The notes beneath the pieces are model-generated. The model saw only the letters and a list, made by a program, of their open reading frames with translations, made no database searches and had not been told where the DNA came from. Positions 12,471 through 25,965 of a DNA stretch of 64,000 nucleotides are shown piece by piece; the stretch's first letter is position 1; each line of letters begins with the position of its first letter. Source of the stretch: Macrostomum hystrix (Eukaryota > Animalia > Platyhelminthes); contig CATNEN010000024.1 of NCBI GenBank assembly GCA_950097015.1, positions 806,001-870,000 of the forward strand. The letters run 5' to 3'. The position numbers were made by a program, and so were the translations under genes.

Positions 12471-14539
12471 GACCCCCCAAAGATCGTTCCATTCCATTGT
12501 TTTATCCACGCAAAACAGTGAAGCCAATTGTGTCTCCGCTGGATAGAAACAAAGCCAGGCCCAGGAACCCAGGCTTAACGGAAGTGAATATTGCTAGTTG
12601 GGAGCAAAAGCAACAACTGTATTTCCTCTATAGATTCACTACAACAGAAAGCTGTCACAATGTTGAAGAAGAAAACTGCCAGGGTCAGGTTTGTATTGAG
12701 ACTAGGAGACTACGGTAGGCCTGGTCCGTTTGTGCCTAATTGAGTTGAATAGAAAATCACGGGATTATTGTTATGTACATGCAGGATATTTTGCATTAGA
12801 ATCCCACTACATTAAATCTAACTTTACTGTGGGGGAATATAGTCCTTTAAAAATATAAATATAAAATGCACATTATCAGCTATACGAGTATGAAGCAAAA
12901 CTGCGCCTTGCCGTCTCGCTCCAGAGGTTAAGAACAATTGCCTTTAATTAGCAGCTACCTATAGCAGTGACTCATTATTAATAATAGAATTCAGAGAGCA
13001 TAAGGACTTTAGTGGATCAATGATGACTGACTGTCTGATCTTCTGGATAATGCCAATTCTAGATTTTGCTTATAATCTTTCAACGCATTATATTCTTAGT
13101 GCCATGACACAGAGCAGCGTGAGTATACAGTTGGGCGGAGCAGCAGCGGCAGCAGCGGCAGCGACAGGAACTTGGCAAGTTTTCTTAGAAAAGCTCACTT
13201 CCTGAAGCAGTATAAACCAATTCAGTGAGCCACCACCGTCAACTACAATGAACAGCTAACAGTTGGCTATTCACACAACGGCGTAAGCAGTGTCCCGTAG
13301 TTGGGACAGCTGCACCTATGAGCTATGTCTGCTCAAAATTTAGGAGGCTATACGGGAGTTCCGCTTGATTGGCAGCAGGTTTGATTAATGAATAGGATTC
13401 GCTTTGATTTTCAACAGAGGAAGTTGATTTTGAGCTTACAATTTATTTCTATAAAAGATATGAAAATGCATTTGCTTAATTATTGCTTATTCATTTAGAA
13501 ACAATCACATGCCGTTTGCTTTGTTGTATTGTTGTAATTTCTATTGCAACAAAAATTGCATTCAATTGACATAAGTAACAGGTCAGAACAGCTGCGGAAA
13601 CACACGTTAGCTAGCCACTATCAGCTGACTGGAATAATTATTCTTAGAATGCGTTACCATTGACAACACGTGCAAACACAAGGCTAAATAAGATGTTCGA
13701 CGATACATGCAGTCTGACTGACAGGCGTGAGTCTGTCAGTCTGTCCCAGCTAGCCATTCATTTTTGCTGTTGAAAGCTGTCAATCAAATCTATATAGGCG
13801 CAGTATTGTGTCAATCAGTGAAAGTTTTAATTATCATTGGAAATTTATTGCGGATTCTCAATGCCACAGCAGCACTAGACTATAATCTACCCCCTACATT
13901 TTCCTAATCGGGTTAATACCAGTTAGGTTAGTTATAGTGACTGTCAGTTCCTACACTTAGTGAAACATTATATCCAGTAAATCAAGCATTTTATATTAGT
14001 CTTCACTGATCTATCTATGTAGGTACTGCCTATTGAAATCAAAAGCAGCTTTGTTCACAGTGTTTTGTTAAACCTGCACACAGCCGTTAAATATCGCCAC
14101 GAGTGGACAGACGAAATTATTCAGCTAAGTCGCCCGCCATTCTGTCGCGACTTCATTGCCAACTTCCTATATATATGCAGTATTAAGTGCATCCAACTAG
14201 CAGTGTAAGAGTGACTGACAGCCATGCAAGCTAGGGGCAGACCGCTGCTATGGTCTACGGAATTGGAGGTGCAGCTGTCAATCAAAATATCAAGTCGAAA
14301 ATGCGTTACTTGGCTGTGTTATTATTATTATTTTGTTATTTGCATGCAATGGCATTAACTATAACGCCCTGTAAGAATTTCAATAACACTCTATAAACAC
14401 CTGCTGGGGTGGTGGTTCTTGCAGCGTCTGCTGCTGCTGCTGCAGCTACTAGTGATATGCAGATAGGAGTGTTGAAAAATGATAATATTTATAAATTAAT
14501 TGACACTGTAAATCTTGCCTACCTGCATGACATTGTCTA

Positions 14540-14690
14540 GGGAGCTTGTTATAATTCAGATGTTAGAGCTTTGGACTGCTGACTAAGAAAGGTCATGAGT
14601 TCGAATCTCATTCAGACTGAAGCAATTTGTGTCCATCCTAGATATTCAATTCCACATTTGTTCAGTTCAACCAGCTGTAAAATGGCTTGT
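14540..14690 (+). mobile_element. Degenerate SINE family B (CORE-like) copy
   Basis: GAGTTCGAATC B box followed by AATTTGTGTCC...TTCAGTTCAACCAGCTGTAAAATGG. Confidence 0.65.
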
Positions 14691-15399
14691 GCCCCCTAAT
14701 CCTCGAACTGAACAGCGCTGTACGCTGCAAACCCGAGTCGTTTAATGCTCGCTTTTAGTAGATGAATTTCTATAGTCTACGGACGAGACCGGTTTCGAGA
14801 GATTTCGTGACTAAAATACTACTTAACTTAATATTGGTTTTCTTGCTTAAATGTCTATGGCAATTTGTTGCCCATTTGTTGACTAATGAGCAGTTCAATA
14901 CCTAAACATAGTGTCAATATGTTTAATAAAGAGGATGAGAAAATATTTGAATCACGGTTTAGAAGCGGAGAGGGCAAAAAACTCTCTAACGATGGTGCCA
15001 GCCAGATAATCAAGCCCGCAGTCCGTTCTGTCAGTCATTTGGGGCGCTGCAGACACAACACGCTGCAGACACAAGCTCTGTGCACTGCAGGTGACGCTGG
15101 GGGGGGGGAGATTCTGCATTGCCTAACGGACATGCGAGCATTCTACGGGAGAAAATTCTATTTATTTAAGCAAACTATAGTCCGACATCTGCAGAGGCAC
15201 ACAGCAATAGACAGCTTTACACAATTTACTAATTCAACCACAGAAAACTTCTGGTTTCAGTACAGAAAGCAACACGAACTCAATACCTGGCTTAAAAACC
15301 CTTAATTCTAGTCTCAAACCCGAAATTCGTCTATCAAAACCGAAATTCATCTCATGAATCCTAAATTCGTTGATTGAATTCGAAATTCGGCTCTAAAAC

Positions 15400-15645
15400 C
15401 TAAAACTGGACTTTCAAACTCGAAACTGGACATTTAAACCCGAAACTGGACTTTCAAACTCGAAACTGGTCATTTAAACCCGAAACTGGACTTTCAAACT
15501 CGAAACTGGTCATTTAAACCCGAAACTGGACTTTCAAACTCGAAACTGGTCATTTAAACCCGAAACTGGACTTTAAAACTCGAAACTGGACATTTAAACC
15601 CGAAACTCGACTCTCAAACCCGAAACTGGACTCTGTAACCCGAAA
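15400..15645. repeat. 40-bp dimeric minisatellite (CGAAACTGGACTTTCAAACT-CGAAACTGGTCATTTAAACC)n
   Basis: Two alternating 20-bp units, with degenerate flanking copies from ~15315. Confidence 0.92.
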
Positions 15646-18395
15646 AAAGTCTTTCGAGTCCGAAATTTGGTTTTAAAATCCATAGTAAATTCGGCCCTAA
15701 TTTCGAAAACTAATTCCGAATCCGTGTGCATTTACGACTTTTTAGACCGGAACGAGAAGGATTTGCAAAATAATCAAAACAAAATCTTACCCGTTCATGA
15801 GTGATCGCACAATGTATAAAATCAGCCGTAAATAGGTTCAAATTTCAGACAGACATGAAAAGCTTAATCTAACAAACTAATAGCAGTAATGAAGATGCGG
15901 GTGGAGAATACGCGGCTAAGGTTTTGAGGAGGCGATTGGGAATTTTTTAAATTGGGCGGGGCAAACAAACCTCAGGTGAGGAAGGGATAGAGTAGAACAG
16001 AGGAGGCGTTGAGGGAAGGTCTCTTTACCTTCTTTAGTCATACGAGGCTATCCCCCACCTCTATGGACAGACTCGTTGGAGGAGAACGGGACAAGAGAAA
16101 TGGGAGTGAACGGAGCAGTCGAATGCCACGAGCCAATCAGAGTCACCGCACGAGTGAGGCCCATTGGCCAAGCCAGCCGAGCGACGACGCATCGCAATTA
16201 TTAGAGGGGAGGTGGCGCTGGGTAGCCCTTGTGTGCTGATTAACACATCGCCTATAGGGGACGGGTAGAGTAGGGAGGCTAGGAATGGGGTGGGTTTAGG
16301 TTAGGGTAGTAGCTCGTATGTGGCAATTTCTCGCAGGTCATAGTTGCCCCCACCCCAGCCAATCCTATCCCATTTTTCATCTGCAGTATTTTTTGATTGA
16401 CAGGGCCTTGTTGTGTGGGTGGGGGCTGGCAATAATACAATGGCTGTGCGCGGGACCCGGAGAGGAAGAGGAGGGGCTGATGGAGGCTGGCCCAGGTTCC
16501 TGGATCCTCCCCAATTCAGACCTGGCATTTCAGGCCCCGTTTCCTGCCGCTTAGTCTAGATCTATCGCCTCACCTTGAGCACTGTATTATCCAGAGCACG
16601 CGCGCACTCGCATTTGGCTGGGACTCAAATTTGTCTCGTCTGGTCACGCATACTGCAGCAGCGGCAGCAGCAGCAGCAGCAGCTTCCCTATATGTGTCTC
16701 CTTCCCTGAGTGGCATCTCCAGGTCCCACTTGTCCATTATTCAAACTCCCCTTTTCCTGCACGACATCAATTATGCAAAGCTGCTGAGCTGGCCTAAAAC
16801 TTCACTTGCCACAACTGCTCAGCTTCCCCCTCCCTTTCCTAATCCCCACCCTAAATTCTCCTCTGGCCCTATTACTAATGGCAGGGGCAACTCCTGCCAT
16901 CTTCCTGTCCATCTCCCGTGCCAGCAGAGCCGTCTATAGGCCTTCTCTGACGAACTCAAACGCATCATCTCTATAAGGTTTATATTAGATTGGCACAGCC
17001 GCTCTCACCTGCACGTAATGCTATACACAGCCTGTCCTCAACTTCATCCTCAGCTTCCCCTCTTCATTCTCAATCATGCTCCCCATTTCTGACCCCAGTC
17101 GCATGTCCTCAACGTAAATGATTATCCCCCGTGAATGTTGATCTAAGTATAGCCAAAAATAAATTTAGTTGAAAGCATTCATTCTCCTGTCGAGTTCCAT
17201 TTGCAAATTTCATTGATTGAGGCTTTGCTGGATTTGAGGCCATCCATTCGTTTGACTGACAGTTTCGCAGTCGACTCACCCGATATGACTACACAATAAT
17301 TACACAGGTGAATTGGCATGGGACATAGCTGAAATTCCTTTCTACAAATAGCGAGAGTGAAAAAAAGACTAATTTGTCTGGAATATTTTTCGTCCTATAC
17401 CTGCCTTGCTTTAGACTGCATCTAAAGCATCTTAAACATCACCTTCTGCACTCGCCTCTCAGGAATGCTTTCCAGGAGGCTGCGAGCAAATTTACACGAG
17501 AATTGCAAAAATTTATATTTACATATTTTTACACTAAAATCTGACAAATTGGACGGATTCGAAAATTAAACTAATTTTGCATTGCCACGTGCGGCTTCTC
17601 CATTATTATATTGCGTAATTGTCGCGTTATTATTTTTATCAGTCTATTGTTTGAGGAGTTAAAGGTGAAAAAATTTATTCAGTCATTCAGTATTTGGTGA
17701 AAAGAAGTTTCTGTTTCCTCTGATAGGTCTCTTTTGTGACCCTTATTTTATTAAAAAGTTGGATAGCAGCGCACTCAGGCACTCAAGAATTGTTTATTTA
17801 ATTCTTGTTTTGTTTATATTTTTCAAGAAGATCAAACCCTCACTTTTTAAAACCGTCAATTGATCATTGCTTTTGGCATGCCGATATTCGATTGGAGTGA
17901 AGTTATCGAAGGACTGCCATAACATTAAAAATACAATATTTCTTCTTGTTGCTACACATCTCAGTGACAAGAAGTCTAAAATCTACACAAGTATAACATA
18001 ATACAAAAATAAAAAAGTAACAAAAAAAATACTTATTAATGGGATACAAAACGATGTGGTATGTAGTGCGTAAGGAGCAAATAAGGCTTTCTTTCAATAA
18101 GTTTGTTTTCTCTGTTTGCTGATAGAGTATTTTAGGCAAAAAAAACGTAAGAAAAAAACTGCTGGCTTATAAAAACATGCGATATATATAACAATTTGTT
18201 TTACTTATTAAGTGAGAATTTTGAAATTAAAATTTGCTGTGTCAGTTTTTTTAAAGTGAGTCTAACTAAAAAATATTCATTATCGCCGCGACTAGAATTG
18301 AATGCACATTTACTGAAATTTAATCCTTATTATCCGTAATAAATAAATAGGATAAATAAGTTCCAGTGATCACTAAAATAGAAACAAACTTAATC

Positions 18396-21300
18396 ATGAC
18401 ATTGACTTCCGCCGCTGGTGTGCTAGCTTTGTTGGAAGAAGATGACTCTGACCTTAAGGTAATTTTTGTCTATGTTTTAATGTTTTACCAAAATATCATA
18501 TATTAAAGGGGACCTCTCATTCAGATAGGGAGAGTTTTGCTATTTTCTATATTTGATATATGAAGTACAGTTAAATGCTACAAATAAAGTGCAGCTAAAG
18601 GCACATTTCTCTGTATATTATTATATGCTAAAGTTATACCAAATCATTAACGAAAGACAAGTGTAAAATTGATGTATTGTAGGCTGTAGCTAATATATTA
18701 TGCTATTTATTGTAGCAAATAATTTTTCTATAATCAGGTGAAGTCTTAGTTTTTTACTTTTTGTTTTTGCCAAGTTTCTGCAAAGAATCACTTAACAAAG
18801 TATTATTATTAGCCTTTCTTATATAGAATATAGTGTTATAATAATAATAATAAAAATTAAAATAATAATTGCAGGAGGGCTGCAGGCAATGAGACTTCAT
18901 TTGGTGACACTAGATGAGTAGCCAGTGGGAAGGCAACTCTGCCCATTTTGCTGACTCCTGAGCATACACATAGACTCTGTTTGTAGGCATATACTCACAG
19001 GTGTCTACATCTGCCCTGACTTTCTTAGCATCAGGCAGTGTACATTTAATTGTGCCTTGAAGGTTGGCCCTAAAGGGCAAAAATTGCACAACAAGCCCTC
19101 AATCCTTATCTCTGTGGCTACACTCGCCATGGAATTGAACTTAAGGACCATGGTGCGAGAGGCAAATATAATTACCACTTTGCCACTGACAACCAAAATG
19201 GTCCTACTTAACCTGTTGAGCTTGAAGTTAACCTAAAAAATAGGAAAAACTAAAATATATATTGGCTCTAACCACAATAGATAGGGCCTCTGTTAAAATA
19301 GCTTTGTATTTCTTAGGGCTGGTTCACCTTTTATTTGACACTTTTTAATGGAGCAGTCTGTTATAAGTAGCTAAATGATAAGTTCTTTACAATCTAAACA
19401 ACAATACTGTTGATTTTGTTGCTGAAATAAAAACTTCTCATAAAAAAGTATTAATACTGTGAATCTACTGACTAACAGCCTTGTACTTATCTCAGAAAAT
19501 TTTCTCATTAACTGGCATATAAGTAAAATAATTATATAATTATTATAATTATGATTATATGGGCATTAAAGTAAAATACAATAGCTAAGAATAATCAAAA
19601 AATATTTTTAGAGTTAGTTAAACTTCAATTGATTTTTTGTTTTCTATAAAAACTATTTTAACAATACTGAAGAAATGCTCAAAAAAAGCCTTTTATATAT
19701 AGTTTTAGTATATATTGTTGGACATATTAAACTCTTTGTTCAGATTTAGCTTTGGTATAGACATTTTTGCATGCTTCATGATAGTAATAAAAAAGAAGCA
19801 AAGAATCAAAATTCAATTGAATTAAAAAAGAAAATATAAAATTAGTTATCTTTATTTAGGTAGTAGGCTTGTGCAGCAGAGCCATGGCAAGTGGGTTGGC
19901 CTCTCTATGGTTGAAACATCTAAGGATTTGACCAGCTAGGGTTTGAGGCCTGTGTAGATAATCACCTATGTAGATGACGGGGGTAGTGCCTTTCTATCTC
20001 TAAGCTGGTGCTCCCTAGACTATAATATATTTATATATTTCAATTTCATTGCTCAACAAACCTAGTTATGCACATTGGATTAAAAAAAACATTGGAAAAT
20101 CCTATGCTTTTATGTTTATTGTTAGCTTCTTAATAATCAAAATATGTTATTTTCTTTTTTTGTGTAAAGTAAGATATTTTAATGTAAATTTTTCATAAAG
20201 TTGTCATGTTTGGTAAGCTTTTAAGAATCCATTCTCCATAACACTTTTGTTTCTAGATTTTTGTTAAAGTCAAAATAGTATTTTAATATGGATTCAGTTT
20301 ATTCAGTTTTTTATAAGTAAGAAGCTAATAATCCAAAAGAATTTGTTCTCTTGTGGTTGCTTTTTATTTATTGAAAAAGTTGTTAACCTAGTTAATTTGC
20401 TTCCACATCCAAACAGTCATTTGCTCTGTCCAAGCTGAACACTCTGGTTGATGTCTTCTGGCCAGAGATATCCGACTCGGTTAGCAAGATTGAAACGTTG
20501 CACGAAGATCGCAACTTTCCGCAGAGCAAACTGGCCGCTTTAGTAGCATCAAAAGTTTATTACCATCTTGGCGCTTACGATGAGAGCTTGTTCTTTGCTC
20601 TGCATGCCGATGAACTATTCGACATTGACGACTCGGCCGAGTTTGTCGAGACCATCGTCTGCAAGTGCATCGATCGCTACATAAAAAATCGGGTCGCTCA
20701 AATCGACGAAGATGTCACCGAACTTGGCGAGCGCGACGAGCAAATTCGAGCCAAGCTCGAAGGCGTCATCAATCGCATGTTCGAGCGCTGCTTCGAGCAT
20801 CGCCAGTTTAAGCACGCTGTTGGCATCGCTATCGACATGCGTCGACTAGACATTGTCGAACGATGCGTCCAGCTAACGTCCAATAAGGACGAACTATTGA
20901 ATTATGCCTACAGGCTGACTGTTCAAGTGGTGCAGAATCGCAAATTTCGTCAGCAGCTCCTGCAGACTCTGGTGCGCCTCTATCGTCAGCTCCAGCAGCC
21001 AGACTTTGTGAGCATGTCACAGTGCCTAATACTGCTGGATGATCCGCCGCACACCGCTGAATTACTCGAGCGTCTAGTGTCGCGCTCCGAGGACGAAGCG
21101 CTCACCGCCTATCAGATTGCATTCGATCTGTATGAGAATTCTAGCCAGCAGTTTATGCAGCGAGTGCACACTGCTCTAGCCGCGTCCCCTCTGGCCAGGC
21201 GGCCTCAAACCGAAGATGCGCCTTCCGCGACCGCCGCTGCTGCGCCAACCGCCTCCGAAGCTGACGCCGACGCCGATGTTGACACGTCAGCCGGCGCGGC

Positions 21301-24149
21301 GCGTAAGGCGCCTTCGCCAACACCAATGCAAACCGAGGAGGAGCCTACTAAGACTGCTGAGGTGGTGGACGAAGCGGCCAAAGAGAGATTCGGTCGGCTG
21401 TTGGCTATTTTGTCTGGCGAAAAGGTAGTTAAAACACAAAGTCTACGTCTATTGAATTGATTTATTAACGCATAATGTCCTTGCATAATCCATTTAAATA
21501 AAACAGGTAATCCAGCTTCACCTGCAATTCCTCATCCGGAACAATCGTGCCGATCCTCGCTATCTGGATAGGCTGCGCGAATCGGTGCGCAATTCAATCA
21601 CTCATTCCGCCACCGTCACTGCCAACGGTTTCATGCACGCCGGCACTACCAGCGATCAGTTTCTGCGTGACAATCTCGAATGGCTTGGCCGGGCTACCAA
21701 CTGGGCCAAGTTTGCCGCCACAGCCAGCTTAGGCTGCATTCATCGCGGTCACGAGACTGAATCGCTGCGCCTAATGTCGGCCTACCTGCCTAAGAATAGC
21801 GCCGGCACAACCGCCTACTCTGAGGGTGGCGGCCTGTACGCCCTGGGTCTGATTCACGCCAATCACGGCTCCGCAGTGACGGACTATCTGCTGCAACAGC
21901 TGGCTGGCGCCACGGCTGAGCCTGTCCGACACGGCGCCTGTCTGGGCCTCGGACTGGCCGCTATGGGCACAGCTAGACAGGATGTCTACGAGGCTATCAA
22001 ACTCAGTCTGTATCAGGATGATGCCATTGTTGGCGAGGCAGCCGGCCTAGCAATGGGCCTAGTCATGCTGGGCTCCAGCAGCTCGGCAGCTGTCAAAGAC
22101 ATGGTCTCCTACGCCAAGGAGACTCAGCATGACAAGATCATCCGTGGCCTGGCTGTTGGCGTTGCTCTGACTATGTACGGCCGGCTGGAAGAGGCTGACC
22201 TACTAGCCCAGAGCCTTCTAGAGGATAAAGATCCCATTCTGCGCTGGAGCGGCGTCTACACCGTTGCCATGGCCTACTGCGGCTCGGGCTCGAATTCGGC
22301 TGTTAGGCGTCTGTTGCACTTTGCCGTCACCGACACTAGCGACGATGTTCGACGGGCCGCCGTGCTTAGCATCGGCTTTGTGCTGTTTAAGACGCCTGAA
22401 CAGGTGAGAACGCCTGAATATCTCCCAAACCGAATGACCGATTTTCGTGATAGTCAACCGTCTGAAAAAAAATTTGCCACCAGACACCCTGACGAGAAGC
22501 GTTGAATATCTCGATTATGCCGATTTTTTGACATTCTAGAAGTTGTCTCATAGGACAGAGCGGAAAATGTTTGTCCGTATTCTGTCATTGATTGTCATGG
22601 CGATTGGTTAAATTATTTAGAGATGCAGAAAAAAGAAAAATGTGGGTATTGGAAATACCGTCCGGGGTTTTTCTACCGTTACTCAGTGGCTTCTATTCGA
22701 AAATGAATAAATAAATGAATTATAAAATGAAATAACCTAATTTTCTTTTGCCCAGGTGCCGGACCTTGTGTCTCTCCTAGCCGAGTCTTTTAATCCGCAT
22801 GTTCGCTACGGCGCCGCCATGGCTCTGGGCATCGCCTGCGCCGGCACCGCCCTGAAGGAGGCCATCAACATTCTGGACCCGATGACGCAGGACGCTGTTC
22901 ACTTTGTGCGCCAAGGTGCTCTAATCGCTCTGGGCATGGTGCTAATCCAGCAGAACGGCGTCAACTGTCCGAAAGCTGGCGAATTTCGCGAACTCTGCCT
23001 AAAAGTTGTCGCCGACAAACACGAGGATGTCATGGCCAAGCACGGCGCCATCCTTGGCCTCGGCATCGTGGACGCTGGCGGGCGCAATGTCACCATCAGC
23101 CTGCAGACTCGCACAGGACAGTCCAACATGGCCGCCGCTGTTGGCGTGCTGGTTTTTCAACAGTTCTGGTACTGGTATCCGCTCACTCACTTCCTCTGCC
23201 TGGCTTTTACGCCTACCTGTCTAATCGGCCTCAACAAGTCGCTCGACATGCCGCAGGTTCAGTTCCGGTCTAACGCAAAGCCGAGTACTTTCGACTATCC
23301 GCCACCGTTGGGTTAGTAGAAGTTCTCTGCTACATCTCCATCTCCAGACTTCATCCACACTGATGGATGGGAATAAGGAATATTGGACTGGTTGTACACA
23401 CCGACGGATGGGAATAATGGACTGACCAAAACATATTCCTTAGTTTCAAATTTCTAGATTTAAAATTTTTATTGCTTAGCCTAATTCATTCTCATTTCAC
23501 AGTGACCCAAGTCGAGAAGAAGAAGGAGAAGGTGGAGACCGCCGTGCTCAGCATTACGGCCAAGCAGAAGCGCAAGGAGCAGGAGAAGAAGAAAGTCGCC
23601 GCCACGCATCAGCCGCACGGCCAGACGGGTGGCGCAGCTGGCACGGCCGCAGCTACCGGCGCCGCAATTCCGTCCATCCCGGAGGGCAAGGAGACCACTT
23701 CAGCTAGTACTGGCGAGGCTTCAGCTGCGGCTTCCGGTGCAGCCGCTACCGCCACCGTCACGACGGAGGCGTCAGCGAAAGAGCCAGTCATGAAAGATCA
23801 GGCCACGTCAACTGATAAGCCATCCACCGCCACCACGGGCGCTCAAACCGCGACAACAACTGCTGACAAGCCTGGCGGCCCGGAGCCCAGCTTCAGCATG
23901 CTGTCAAATCCCTGCCGGGTGATGCGAGCCCAGCAGCGTCTCGTCAGCCTGGAGGGCGGCCGCTACCATTCTGTGAAGTCTGTCACCATCGGCGGCATTA
24001 TAATGCTGCGCGATCGCCGACCGGACGAACAGGAGACTCTGGTGCCAACAGTCAAAGCGCACGGCCCAACTTCGGCCAATTCAAAGGAGGACGACCTGCC
24101 GGAGCCACCGCCACCTGAGCCGTTCCAATGGACCGACGATATGCTGTGA
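18396..24149 (+). CDS. PSMD1: 26S proteasome regulatory subunit RPN2; join(18396..18458,20417..21424,21507..22403,22756..23311,23503..24149), ~1056 aa
   Basis: [50 protein letters not shown] repeats, [18 protein letters not shown] and TAVLSITAK are recognisable. All introns are GT-AG with consistent phases. Confidence 0.96.
18838..19190 (-). mobile_element. SINE family A copy in PSMD1 intron 1
   Basis: ATAATAATTGCAGGAGGGCTGCAGGCAATG...GAGAGGCAAA...GCCAC matches 12112-12470. Confidence 0.85.
22418..22682 (-). mobile_element. Internally deleted TTAACAGTAG-family non-autonomous element in PSMD1 intron 3
   Basis: Aligns by eye with the reverse complement of 39256-40610 (CCAGACACCCTGACGAGAAGCGTTGAATATCTCG..., GGCGATTGGTTAAATTATTTAG..., GGTATTGGAAATACC). 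It carries only one copy of the 42-bp unit. Confidence 0.75.
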
Positions 24150-25034
24150 ATGAAGTGTACTGCTACTAAAAGAAAGACTAGACTGGGAGAACTGCTCCGT
24201 GTTCAAGCACCAGTTTTATAATAAACCGACTGATTAATTTAATGGGTTTTAATGTGCTCGAGTAATTTATAAAATTAACTCTCTGCCTGAACTGGCGTCC
24301 TTGTTGCTTAGTAACGAATTACCTTAAAAAAGAAACAATAAAATCGTCCTAGTATCTTGCGTTCGGATTAAATAAATATCGTAAATTCCGGTATCCAAGG
24401 TAAACAAATTCGTTGCTATGCTTCTATCTAATATCATCCCTAGTAGGAAAAATATTGAAATTCTTCTACATTGTTTGTATGCTTGTAGTTTTATTTCTAG
24501 ATATTTAGCATACTACTAACAACTAGCATACTACTTATTCAATATTTCTGAATGTCTTCTAAAAATCATCCTGGCTATCGGTCATGTATGACAATATCCT
24601 GCAACAAAGCTATTAGCCAACGCAATCTGTTTGAATTGCGCCAGTTGTCCTGTGTGTCCCGCGGTCTTCAATCGGATTGCGGTTTGAACCGGTTTTCTCT
24701 TCGCAAACTCTCCCCTTTACTTTTTAGTGAGCAGAAACTTGAGACAGGCAATTTCAATTCCAATTCTTGGAACTTTGTTGCTTTTCTTACAGGCCCCTGC
24801 TTCACCTTCACATCTACTGCAAAAACTACACAAGAAAATAAACGAATAAATAAAAACAGTTGAATGCTCTGTTGCGTAACGAGACCACCGTCACTGATAA
24901 AAAGGCTTTTGTTATGTTGCACATTTACATATACTGTTTCACTTCCTTCTGCCTTCAATTAATTGCCAGATAGTTTTTATGCCCTACTCATAGTAGAGTA
25001 GTTGGTACATTCTATTTTTAGACGCCTAAATGTA

Positions 25035-25803
25035 GAAATTTCTAGAAATTTCCTGCTGCAGTCATAGAGAACTGAGTGGAAAATAAGATTTCAATGTAAA
25101 ATGTAGAATATTATACTAGTATAATCTTGTTTAATATAAAAGTACAATATGAAACGCGATTAAAATAATTTCTTGTATTATCTCAGATAACTTATTTACT
25201 TATTCCGAACTTGTCAGGCATGATGCAGACACTAAAAATGTATGGATTTACTTGCCCTTTGTCAAAACAAGTCGAAGCCAAACTAGTACACTTGTTACTG
25301 TTAGACTAGTTAGATTTGACATAAAAGTGATAATTTCGGTTTTTGGCAAACCTTCAGCAAGATGAAGCGTTCCAAAGTAAGCTTCGCTGATTTACCACTG
25401 TCTCTACTATCAAGAGAACTATTGGATAATTTTCAACATCAAAACTGTTCAGTCTATACATGCCACGAAAGCGAGGAATTGGAATTACGACATAGATACG
25501 CTCGTTTTCTGTTTCGAAAATACTAGTATAAACATCAACTTCAGCGGTTTGATTTTTAGAAACAACAAATTAAACTAGAGAATGATTTTTTTCTAGAAGT
25601 TCCCATGACAGCAAAGAATATTCTAGAACAGCTGTCGTCAAGCCTTTTCTAGAAATTTCCGTGTCCCTCGTTTAGACTGTACACTAACTACTGTACAATT
25701 GTGCATTGCTTCTAAAAATAGAATTCACACAACGGGAAATCCCCGGGCAGAGTTTCGAGAAGATTCCAGAAAAGAAGGGGAATCCAATTTGGCATGTATA
25801 AAA
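25035..25803 (+). promoter_or_regulatory. HSP90 promoter: five heat-shock elements and a TATA box
   Basis: Alternating nGAAn arrays: GAAatTTCtaGAAatTTC 25035-52, TTCtaGAAgtTCC 25591-603, GAAtaTTCtaGAA 25616-28, TTCtaGAAatTTC 25647-59, TTCgaGAAgaTTCcaGAA 25754-71. TATAAAA at 25797. Confidence 0.85.
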
Positions 25804-25965
25804 ATAAGAAACCTGGCGAAGAAATTTTCAAGTCTTTTCAAAGCAAATACAAGCTCTTTTACAAGCTTGAAGCCCAGACAGCAAGCAAGCAGAATTTCCT
25901 GCCGCTCTACATCCGCTAGCCACTCCGATTCTATCAATCCAGCCGCGCATTCTAGCTATACGAAA

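Larger units (their letters stand above)
13715..17262. promoter_or_regulatory. Cluster of TGA(T/C)TGACAG Pbx-Meis/Prep decamers, with CCAAT boxes near 16130-16360
   Basis: Exact matches at 13715, 13777(rc), 14212, 14275(rc), 16394 and 17253; near match at 13808. Function is inferred. Confidence 0.5.

Noticed and set aside
14886-15305. 139-aa ORF
   Set aside because: No recognisable motif, AT-rich and no splice context.
25699-25965. N-terminal extension of the 417-aa HSP90 ORF
   Set aside because: It starts at a TTG within the HSE/TATA promoter; the real start is the ATG at 25966.
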